Shown one piece after another: positions 19,130-27,358 of a stretch of DNA of 63,819 bases. Within the stretch, counting starts at the first letter, position 1. The number at the start of each line of letters is the position of its first letter. The stretch spans positions 1 to 63,819 of the forward strand of contig JAJZRV010000001.1 of assembly GCA_021850135.1 (NCBI GenBank). Reading direction: 5' to 3'. Both the position numbers and the translations under genes were made by a program. The notes beneath the pieces were generated by a model. That model saw only the letters and a program-made list of their open reading frames with translations, was not told the origin of the DNA and did no database searches. This DNA is from Pseudomonadota bacterium. Its GTDB lineage: Bacteria; Pseudomonadota; Gammaproteobacteria; Burkholderiales; Ferrovaceae.

Positions 19130-20391
19130 TCTTCTCCCCGCTGCGACGCCAGCCTGACTCCCAGCTGTTTGAGTTTGCGATACAGGTGCGTACGCTCCAG
19201 CCCCACCCGCTCGGCAACCCGGGACATATTTCCGGACTCCAGGCGGATGTGGTACTCAAAATAGGCTTTTTCAAACTGGTCACGCGCCTCGCGCAAGGGC
19301 AGGTCAAAGCCTGCAAGTTTTGCAGCCATCGGGGTAGGCGTATCGAACTGGCTGGCGATCCGCGCCACGTCCTCGGCCAGTATTTCGGAAGCTGCGGTAG
19401 TCAGGGCAAGGGTTCGCACTGCATTGGTCAGGGCTGGCAAATTTCCGGGCCATTTCATTTGTCGCAGCATGTTCTGCGCCCCCGTGCTCAGGGTTTTGAC
19501 GGGAACCTCTCCCGCCTCTGTCATGCGACTCAATAACGCCGTGGCGATTTCCGGAATATCCTCTGCGTGCTCGCGCAACGGTGGCACCGTCAGGACCAAT
19601 GCGGATAATCTGGTTGCCAGTTCTGGATCCATCATTTTTTCGTGAATCAGCGTTGCCACGGGATGGCTGCTTGCACAAACCAATCGCACATGGTGCTTTT
19701 CGAGTTTGCCCAGCAATTGTGAAAGGCCCTTTTGCTGCGCCCTGGTGAGTTCGCTGATCTCTGCAATGAAAATCACCCCCCCCTGGCACTCAGTCAGCGG
19801 TTCAAACGGGTTGTCAGCCATCCATTGGTTGTCCAATGGGGCAAACCATGGGGTATTGGGTTGATGCAGATGGCGCGCCGCAAACTCAACGCCACAGCCG
19901 GCCTCTCCCACCAGAAGCACTGGCGCATTGTGGTTGGCCACCTGGTCCAAGCGGCGGCGCAAATCGCTGATGAGCTGTCCCTTGCCTAACTGGATGCTCG
20001 ACAATTCAGGGCGAAACTCCGACTCGCCTTTGCGCAAGGCACGCTCAACCGTCGCCAACAATTTAGGAAGCGCAATGGGTTTTTCCAAAAAATCGAAGGC
20101 TCCGATTCTCGTCGCCTCCACGGCAGTATCTACGGTTGCATGTCCGGACATCATGATGACCGGCATGTTCAGCTGGCCTGCGGAGCCCCATTCCTTAAGC
20201 AGGGTGATTCCATCCATCTGAGGCATCCAGATGTCCAGCAAGACTAGGTCTGGCCGTTCGTCCTGCCGAAACTGCCGCGCCTCCATGGCGTTGGCGGCCA
20301 GCTTGACCCGATAACCTTCATCATTAAGGATCTCAGACAGCAGTTCGCGAATGCCAACCTCGTCATCGACCACGAGGATATGATTTGCCAT
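19126..20391 (-). CDS. ntrX: NtrX-like response regulator (receiver + degenerate AAA+ + HTH)
   Basis: Receiver domain ILVVDDE...LLDIWMP. The central domain has GEAGCGVE in place of Walker A GxxGxGK and FIAEI in place of Walker B, with no GAFTGA loop. The C-terminal Fis-type HTH is NMSRVAERVGLERTHLYRKLKQLG. It lies immediately downstream of ntrY. Confidence 0.85.
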   Translation of the reverse strand: MANHILVVDDEVGIRELLSEILNDEGYRVKLAANAMEARQFRQDERPDLVLLDIWMPQMDGITLLKEWGSAGQLNMPVIMMSGHATVDTAVEATRIGAFDFLEKPIALPKLLATVERALRKGESEFRPELSSIQLGKGQLISDLRRRLDQVANHNAPVLLVGEAGCGVEFAARHLHQPNTPWFAPLDNQWMADNPFEPLTECQGGVIFIAEISELTRAQQKGLSQLLGKLEKHHVRLVCASSHPVATLIHEKMMDPELATRLSALVLTVPPLREHAEDIPEIATALLSRMTEAGEVPVKTLSTGAQNMLRQMKWPGNLPALTNAVRTLALTTAASEILAEDVARIASQFDTPTPMAAKLAGFDLPLREARDQFEKAYFEYHIRLESGNMSRVAERVGLERTHLYRKLKQLGVRLASQRGEE

Positions 20392-22547
20392 TACGTATTC
20401 TCCGGTAGCGGGAGCATGATGCTGATGACCGCTCCCCCATGTTCCAAATTGGACACCTGAATTTTGCCATGGTGTTCTTCAACAATCTTCTTGACGATGG
20501 GTAAACCCAGTCCCGTGCCTTTGCTCTTGGTGGTGACGTACGGTTCAAAAATCCTGCCCAACAAATCCTCCGTAAACCCATGCCCATTGTCCAATACGGA
20601 AAGCTTGATCCAGCCTTCCAGCTTTTCGGTTGCAACGGTAACACGAGGATCGGGGCGGCCCTGCAACGCATCCAGTGCATTCTGTACCAAATTGTGAATC
20701 ACTTGTCGCAGACGCGTGACGTCCCCATCAATCAAGGGAAGCGCATCAGCCAGTCTGAGCTCAATTTTTTCCCCCATGGATTCATACAGGACCAAAACTT
20801 CAGAAATCAACTTGTTGAGATCCAGGCTTCTCGTGGACAACTTTGAAGAGCGCGCATATTCGCTGAAATCATTGACCATGTTCTTGAGTGCATCCACCTG
20901 ATTGATGATCGTTGCGGTGGAGCGCTCCAGAATATCCGATTCGGCTGCAGGGAGTTTTTCACTCAACTTGAGCCGCATCCGCTCTGCCGCGAGCTGAATC
21001 GGGGTCAACGGATTCTTGATTTCATGCGCCAGACGCCGTGCGACTTCGCCCCAGGCCGCATCACGCTGCGCCTGAACCATCTGGGTGATGTCATCGAACA
21101 CCAGCACATAATCCCCGCCATGTTCACCTGGAAGACGCGTCCCCCGAAAATGGAGTTTGCGTTTTCCCAAGCCATCCATCCAGTCAGTGTCCCCCTCCCA
21201 CGCCACATCTTCCGCGGCACGGAATTGCTCAACCAGGTATTGGGCAATGGGTTGCAACTCCGGAACGACCGTGCCCCACCGCTCCAGAGGCTCGCCATGC
21301 ATCCGGTCAACACCCAGTAACTGGTTCGCACTGAGGTTGGCACTCTTGAGTTGGAATTGGGCGTCAAAAACGATCACTCCGGTGGAAAGATTCGACAAAA
21401 TGCTTTCCTGGTAGGCTTTGGCCGCAGTCAGTCGTTCCTGGTCGCGCAGTCGATCGGCTGCCGCCTCGTGCAATTGATGCGTCATCGTATTGAAGGAGCG
21501 CGTCAATATACCCAGCTCATCGTCGCTGATCACCGGCGTCATCTTGGTGTAGTCCCCCGCACCGATGGCTCGCGTACTTTCAGCCAACGCTCCCAAGGGC
21601 GCCCCCAGTCTTTCCGATATGACAAAGGCCAGGGCTATGGCCGTCAGCAGCGTCAGCAACAGAGCAAGGGTCAAATTGAGTCCGTAGATGCGCTTCAGTC
21701 CGGTGCGCGCCAGCAACAATTCCTGATACCCCCGATAAGCCGCTTCGACGCTGTCCGCGTCGGCCGCCAGCTCCCGCGAGACGGGTTGCATCAATTGCAG
21801 TGCCCGCAAGTCTTCGGTATAGGACAGACGATTGACTGGCACAACCACCCGCAAATACAGCCCTTTTCCCGGCAAGGTTTCCACCATTTTGTAGGCTCGC
21901 TGGGAGCGAATCTGGTGGCTGATGGACGCGTTGATTGGGAGCGCATCAGGCATCGATGCATCGTTCAACCCGCTGGAAAATGCCAAAACCGTGCCGGACT
22001 TGGAAAACAGGGTCGCCTCCTGCACGCCGAACTGTTCGCGCAGATGGTAAAGGAGCGTTGCCTCCTCCAGCGCTGACGCGTCGGACAGCGTAGCCGACAT
22101 GGCCTCTCCCTTGTGCGCCAGGTCGTTGAGGAGGCTATCGAAAGTGGTCCGCCCCAAGTCCAGTCCAGCGGTAAGCGCATTGTCCACGTTGACGTCAAAC
22201 CAGGACTCAATGCTGTTGGAAAGAAACCTGACGGACACCCCGTAAACCAACGTTCCGGGAAGTACGGCCATGAGCGCAAAAACGACGACCAGCTTCAGCG
22301 TCAGTTTGGAACCAAAGACCCGGTCGCGCAATTTTCCGTAGAGCGTCCAGAGTTGGTAGGAAATCAGGCCCAACAGCGCCAGCGCCACCCCGGCACCCAG
22401 GGCCAGCAGTCGTGGGTAGTGCTGCGAAAACAGGGAGGTGTTAGCGGTGGCCGCAGAAAGCAGATAAAGCAACGCCCCCCCCGCCAACACTACCAGGGCA
22501 ACCACCCATTTCATGCGGTGGAATGAAAGGGTAGAAACCCACTTCAT
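20391..22547 (-). CDS. ntrY: NtrY-like sensor histidine kinase
   Basis: 718 aa with N-terminal TM segments, HAMP and PAS regions, the H-box HEIKNPLTPIQLAAERM and an HATPase_c domain (NGHGF...GTGLGL). Confidence 0.88.
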   Translation of the reverse strand: MKWVSTLSFHRMKWVVALVVLAGGALLYLLSAATANTSLFSQHYPRLLALGAGVALALLGLISYQLWTLYGKLRDRVFGSKLTLKLVVVFALMAVLPGTLVYGVSVRFLSNSIESWFDVNVDNALTAGLDLGRTTFDSLLNDLAHKGEAMSATLSDASALEEATLLYHLREQFGVQEATLFSKSGTVLAFSSGLNDASMPDALPINASISHQIRSQRAYKMVETLPGKGLYLRVVVPVNRLSYTEDLRALQLMQPVSRELAADADSVEAAYRGYQELLLARTGLKRIYGLNLTLALLLTLLTAIALAFVISERLGAPLGALAESTRAIGAGDYTKMTPVISDDELGILTRSFNTMTHQLHEAAADRLRDQERLTAAKAYQESILSNLSTGVIVFDAQFQLKSANLSANQLLGVDRMHGEPLERWGTVVPELQPIAQYLVEQFRAAEDVAWEGDTDWMDGLGKRKLHFRGTRLPGEHGGDYVLVFDDITQMVQAQRDAAWGEVARRLAHEIKNPLTPIQLAAERMRLKLSEKLPAAESDILERSTATIINQVDALKNMVNDFSEYARSSKLSTRSLDLNKLISEVLVLYESMGEKIELRLADALPLIDGDVTRLRQVIHNLVQNALDALQGRPDPRVTVATEKLEGWIKLSVLDNGHGFTEDLLGRIFEPYVTTKSKGTGLGLPIVKKIVEEHHGKIQVSNLEHGGAVISIMLPLPENT

Positions 22548-23104
22548 GGCGTAACCGTCCAGCTGAATGGCCTTGAAGCCAGATTCCAGTCGTTGGAAGA
22601 CAGGGCATCCACCTGGAAAGGTTTGGGCAATTGCGAAACATCCAGTCGCATTTGCGCACGCGCTTCGTAACGGCCGCCCTTTTTCATGCTTCCAGGGTCG
22701 GCAACGCGGACTTTGTTCAACTGAGTAAGGGCTTGCAGGGCATCCCTGAGCGTATTGAAGCTGAGATAGAGGGACCCCATGGAAAACCGGTATACGCGCG
22801 TCAACGGGTTGAAACTGATGCGACGTTCCTGGCGCAAATTGACGATATCCTTGTTAAACCAGTACCAGCGCGGTTCGATGACTTCCACTGTAACGGTAAA
22901 AGTGAGTGACACCCCGCGGTTCAATGCCTCTTCCAGAGCGGGGGTCAATTCGAGATCAAAATCCGCGTTCAGGAAGTAACCTTCCTCCGTTGCGCTGATC
23001 TCTGCCTGCCGGACGGAAATCCCTTCGGCAAGGGCTGGGGCAACGCCCAGGAGCAGGATGCCCACGACCCCCAGCAGGATGCTAAGCCTTTTGAAATATG
23101 GCAT
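22544..23104 (-). CDS. DUF4390-like periplasmic protein
   Basis: Signal peptide MPYFKRLSILLGVVGILLLGVAPALA. The position between rsmB and ntrY is conserved in betaproteobacteria (recollection). The stop overlaps the ntrY start (ATGA). The track ORF start at 23149 is less likely. Confidence 0.6.
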   Translation of the reverse strand: MPYFKRLSILLGVVGILLLGVAPALAEGISVRQAEISATEEGYFLNADFDLELTPALEEALNRGVSLTFTVTVEVIEPRWYWFNKDIVNLRQERRISFNPLTRVYRFSMGSLYLSFNTLRDALQALTQLNKVRVADPGSMKKGGRYEARAQMRLDVSQLPKPFQVDALSSNDWNLASRPFSWTVTP

Positions 23105-24362
23105 AGAAAAACCCATCATGGGCGTGATCCGGATAGATCTGTCCTTCATGAAACAAGGGGTCCACGATCGGGAGAAACCTTGCCTCCGGGTGTCGTTTCA
23201 GGAACGACTCCTCCTGTTCCTGGTTCTCCTCACGAAAAATGGAACAGGTTGCATAAACCAGGCGTCCACCGCGCCGCACCACTTGCCACAGGGCATCCAG
23301 CAAGCGTTCCTGCGCCGCAGCCAATGCAGGGATATCCTCGGCCCTGCGCAACCACTTGATGTCCGGGTGTCTTCTGGCCACTCCCGATCCACTACACGGC
23401 GCATCCAGCAATACGCGGTCGAAAGGGCGGCCATCCCACCAACTTTTCAGGTCGCCGGCATCTGCAGCGACACATTGGGCCATCACGTTCAACCGGCGCA
23501 GATTGGCTTCCACCTTTTTGATCCGTCCCGGGTCCTTATCCAAAGCCAGCAACTCGAGCGCGTTACCCCGCTCGAGAATGTGCCCTGTTTTTCCTCCCGG
23601 CGCCGCGCACGCATCCAGCACGCGCTGGTTGGGGTGAAGCGCCAGGAGTTCCGGGGCGTACTGTGCCGAAGCATCCTGCACCGAAACATCGCCTTGGTCA
23701 AAGCCTGGCAGCTGCTTTACATTCACTGGCTCCGCAAGGATCAACCCCTCCATGCCGACTGGGGTGGCATCGATCCCCTCAAGCTTGAGCCTGGCCTGGT
23801 ACTGCTCCCGGCTGTTGTTGCGGCGATTGACCCGCAATGTCATGGGGGGGCGCGCCTGCGCTTCGCCCAAAATTGCTTCCCAGCGTTCCGGATACTGCAT
23901 CCTGACCTTATCTATCCACCATCTGGGGTGACTGAATTGCCCTTCCGGAGTCTCATGCGCAATTTTTAAAAACGCGTCCCGCTGACGGAGCAGGTTACGC
24001 AAAACGCCATTCACAAAGCCTTTTGCACCAGGCACACCCAACAGGACGGCCACTTCCACGGCGTGGCTCACCACGGCGTGATGTGCCACGCGTGTGTGGA
24101 GCAGTTGGTAGGCGGCAACCATCAACAGTGCGTCAAGCGGGGGATCGGGCTTCTTTTTTGCAAAGAGCTGCTGCAATACCAGTTCGATTTCCGTGCGATA
24201 TCGTTGAACGCCATATCCCACATCCTGCAATGAAGCACGCTGGTGGTCAGTGAGTTGGCCTTTGGCCTGCCCACGAGCGTCGGTCAATGCATGATCAAGA
24301 TTTTTTCCGTTCAGGACCTGGGTCAGGGCCAACGTGGACAAACGCTGGATTTCTAGCATCAA
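23082..24362 (-). CDS. rsmB: 16S rRNA (cytosine967-C5)-methyltransferase
   Basis: 426 aa with an N-terminal NusB-like domain, the SAM motif DACAAPGGKT, and catalytic PCSG and TCS motifs. Lies downstream of fmt. Confidence 0.9.
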   Translation of the reverse strand: MMLEIQRLSTLALTQVLNGKNLDHALTDARGQAKGQLTDHQRASLQDVGYGVQRYRTEIELVLQQLFAKKKPDPPLDALLMVAAYQLLHTRVAHHAVVSHAVEVAVLLGVPGAKGFVNGVLRNLLRQRDAFLKIAHETPEGQFSHPRWWIDKVRMQYPERWEAILGEAQARPPMTLRVNRRNNSREQYQARLKLEGIDATPVGMEGLILAEPVNVKQLPGFDQGDVSVQDASAQYAPELLALHPNQRVLDACAAPGGKTGHILERGNALELLALDKDPGRIKKVEANLRRLNVMAQCVAADAGDLKSWWDGRPFDRVLLDAPCSGSGVARRHPDIKWLRRAEDIPALAAAQERLLDALWQVVRRGGRLVYATCSIFREENQEQEESFLKRHPEARFLPIVDPLFHEGQIYPDHAHDGFFYAIFQKA

Positions 24363-25291
24363 ACCCCCATCCGCTCGCCCGGCGCCACTGGAAAACCTTT
24401 GATGAATTCACCGGCGGTCATTGGTTTTCCCCCTGCACGCTGCAACATCCGTAACGCCAGCCGTCCTTGTCCACAAGCCACGAAAAGACCATCATCGTTC
24501 ATGGACAAGACCGTTCCCGGCACCGCCCCTTCTGGTCCCGGCACCGCTTCTGCTTCCCATACCTTGATCAACTCCCCTCGCAAGAATGTCCTGGAAACGG
24601 GTGCGGGATTAAAGGCACGGACATCTCTTGCCAGCTGTTCGGCCTCTTTTGTCCAATCCAGCAGGGCCTCGGCTTTTGTGATCTTGTGCGCGTAAGTCAC
24701 ACCCGTGGAGGGCTGTGGAACGGGTTTCAACTGGCCCGTCCTGATTCCCTCAAGGGCCTCGATGATGGTCCGCGCTCCCAAATCCGCCAATCGGTCATGC
24801 AGCGTATGGCTGGTGTCCTGATCCAGGATGGGGCAGGAGCGCTCCAGCAAAACAGGTCCCGTATCCAGCCCTTTATCCATCTGCATGATGCTGATGCCCG
24901 TCACAGTATCCCCCGCCTGAAGCGCGCGCTGAATCGGTGCGGCTCCGCGCCAGCGCGGAAGCAGCGAGGCATGGATATTAATGGCACCGCGCGATGTGGC
25001 CTCCAGAATCTCTGATGGCAGCAGCTGGCCGTAGGCCGAGACAATCATCGCTTCAGCAGAAAAACCCTGAATCAGCGCCAACGCCTCAGCGGACCGGAGT
25101 GTTGTCGGCTGGTAGACGGGCACGTGCGCCGCCAGGGCCGCGCGCTTGACCGCGCTGGGCAATACCTTGAAACCTCGACCCATGGGTCGGTCGGGCTGGG
25201 TCAGTACCGCGATGATCTCATGCCCCGCCGAAATGAGCGCTTCCAGACTGCGTGCCGCAAATTCCGGAGTTCCAGCAAAGACGAGACGCAT
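24359..25291 (-). CDS. fmt: methionyl-tRNA formyltransferase
   Basis: [13 protein letters not shown]-terminus and the HASLLPRWRGAAPIQ motif. def-fmt adjacency. Confidence 0.93.
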   Translation of the reverse strand: MRLVFAGTPEFAARSLEALISAGHEIIAVLTQPDRPMGRGFKVLPSAVKRAALAAHVPVYQPTTLRSAEALALIQGFSAEAMIVSAYGQLLPSEILEATSRGAINIHASLLPRWRGAAPIQRALQAGDTVTGISIMQMDKGLDTGPVLLERSCPILDQDTSHTLHDRLADLGARTIIEALEGIRTGQLKPVPQPSTGVTYAHKITKAEALLDWTKEAEQLARDVRAFNPAPVSRTFLRGELIKVWEAEAVPGPEGAVPGTVLSMNDDGLFVACGQGRLALRMLQRAGGKPMTAGEFIKGFPVAPGERMGV

Positions 25292-25794
25292 TACAAGGTT
25301 TCCCGGGCGCGTTTGCGCAACTTGGTCTTGATCCGGTTTTGTTTGAGCTGAGACAGATACTCCACGAAAACCTTGCCGTCCAGGTGGTCCATCTCGTGTT
25401 GAATACAGGTTGCCAACAACCCCTCCGCCTCGAGCGTGAACGGATTGCCCTCACGATCCAGCGCTTCCACCACGATATGCTCCGCCCGGGTCACCCGGTC
25501 GTAAATTCCGGGCACTGACAGGCAGCCTTCCTCCCGCTCCTGACTACCGTCGCGAGAAAGCAGTTTTGGGTTGATGAAGACCTGCAGGTTTTGCTGGTCT
25601 TCAGACACGTCCAGAACAATCAATCGCTTGTGCACGTTCACCTGCGTGGCGGCCAAGCCGATCCCCACTGCGGCACGCATGGTTTCCGCCATGTCGTCCA
25701 CCAGCTTACGGATTTCAGCATTCACCTCTGTGACGGGTGCCGCCCGAATATGCAGGCGGGGATCCGGATAATGAAGAATGGGGAGAAGCGCCAT
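25291..25794 (-). CDS. def: peptide deformylase
   Basis: Motifs [13 protein letters not shown] and QHEMDHL. The ATG at 25794 gives the canonical [14 protein letters not shown]. The track ORF extends to 25866. Confidence 0.93.
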   Translation of the reverse strand: MALLPILHYPDPRLHIRAAPVTEVNAEIRKLVDDMAETMRAAVGIGLAATQVNVHKRLIVLDVSEDQQNLQVFINPKLLSRDGSQEREEGCLSVPGIYDRVTRAEHIVVEALDREGNPFTLEAEGLLATCIQHEMDHLDGKVFVEYLSQLKQNRIKTKLRKRARETL

Positions 25795-25865
25795 AATAAA
25801 ACCTATTTCTGACAGTATTCCTGCCTCAAGGATACTATTATAGCGGTCCTGAACGGAGTGCCCCA

Positions 25866-26843
25866 TTGAAAGCTGTTTCGCCCCCAGGTCCTGACTCCCT
25901 TCCTTGCTGGTTTACTTCTGAGCAAGCGGCCCAGACTCGAGACTGGCTCTCCCACCCCGAAAACCACTTTCTCCTTCAGGAGGCGCTTGATTATCCTGCG
26001 CTGCTGAAGGAGATTTCAGACCCCCCGGCGTTTCTGTTTGTCAAAGGGGACCTCTCGCTGCTATCCCGGCCCATGGTCTCCATCGTTGGCAGCCGGAATG
26101 CCACGCGACAGGGGTGTATCGACGCCGAGGCTTTTGCCGAGTCGCTTTCCAATGCAGGTTTGACCATTGTCAGCGGCCTCGCAGAAGGCATTGATGCCGC
26201 CGCGCATCGGGGCGCGCTGCGGGGCAGGGGGAGCACGATTGCCGTCATCGGGACGGGTGCCGACCGCGTCTACCCTGCCAGCAACCGCCGCCTGGCCCAA
26301 GAGATTGCGGCAAACGGCGCCCTTGTCTCCGAGTTTGCCCTGGGTTCTCCCGCACAGAAATGGCACTTTCCCAGACGCAACCGGATCATTGCCGGAATGT
26401 CCCTGGGGTGCCTGGTAGTCGAAGCCAGCCTGACGAGCGGCTCCATCATCACAGCACGCCAGGGTCTCGAACAGGGCCGGGAAATTTTTGCCATCCCCGG
26501 ATCAATTCACTCGCCATTCTCCAAAGGGTGCCATCGCCTGATCCGGGACGGCGCCAAACTTGTGGAAACGGCACAGGACATTCTGGAGGAACTCCGTTAC
26601 CAGGCCTCTGACCTTCAAGTGGGCGCCCCGGAATCTTCTCCGGATGGGCCTGCACTTCCTGAAAATGCACAACCCATCCTCGACGAACTGGCCCGGGGGC
26701 CGCTCTCGTCGGATCAAATTTGTCACCGTACCGGCTTGACGACCGGGCAGGTATCCCTCATGCTGACCTCGCTTGAGCTGCTCGGCCGAATTGAAGTATT
26801 GCCGGGTGGCCGTTATCAGCGACTGGATTTCGGGCGGCGTTGA
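25866..26843 (+). CDS. dprA: DNA-processing protein DprA (Smf)
   Basis: Rossmann-fold motifs [10 protein letters not shown] and [12 protein letters not shown], and a C-terminal winged-helix region. TTG start. Followed by smg and topA as in many proteobacteria. Confidence 0.85.
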   Translation: MKAVSPPGPDSLPCWFTSEQAAQTRDWLSHPENHFLLQEALDYPALLKEISDPPAFLFVKGDLSLLSRPMVSIVGSRNATRQGCIDAEAFAESLSNAGLTIVSGLAEGIDAAAHRGALRGRGSTIAVIGTGADRVYPASNRRLAQEIAANGALVSEFALGSPAQKWHFPRRNRIIAGMSLGCLVVEASLTSGSIITARQGLEQGREIFAIPGSIHSPFSKGCHRLIRDGAKLVETAQDILEELRYQASDLQVGAPESSPDGPALPENAQPILDELARGPLSSDQICHRTGLTTGQVSLMLTSLELLGRIEVLPGGRYQRLDFGRR

Positions 26844-26888
26844 CCGCACTCCGCCTGAAGCGTTTCATCATTCTAAGGGGCGGTACTC

Positions 26889-27344
26889 ATGGTCGACATT
26901 CTTATTTTCGTCTACGAAAATTTTTTTGCCAGCGGGATTTACCCCGCGCACACCGTGCTTCAAAACAGGTTGTTCGCTGCAGGTTTTGAGGAAGCCGAAG
27001 TTGAAGAAACGCTGGCCTGGCTTGAGGATATCGACCAGATTGGCCAGCCTGATCACGGCAGCGCGTTGACCCATTCGGTATCGCAGCGGTGTCTCGACCC
27101 ATCCGAATATGAGCGTATTGGTTCCCAGGGTTGGGGGTTTCTGGCCTTTCTCGAGAACAATCAGATTCTTTCCCCCCGCCAACGGGAATGGATCCTCGCC
27201 GGAGTCATGACGCTGGACGAGCCGGAAGTTGATCTGGAGCGTCTCAAGTTGATCGTTCTGATGGTGCTATGGCGTCAGGGTCATCCGCTCGATGCGCTGC
27301 TGGTTGAAGAACTGATTCACTATCAAGACTGGATGTTGCAATAA
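26889..27344 (+). CDS. smg: Smg protein (DUF494)
   Basis: 151 aa, MVDILIFVYENF..., in the conserved dprA-smg-topA context. Confidence 0.85.
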   Translation: MVDILIFVYENFFASGIYPAHTVLQNRLFAAGFEEAEVEETLAWLEDIDQIGQPDHGSALTHSVSQRCLDPSEYERIGSQGWGFLAFLENNQILSPRQREWILAGVMTLDEPEVDLERLKLIVLMVLWRQGHPLDALLVEELIHYQDWMLQ

Positions 27345-27358
27345 GCCGCTCCCCTCCC

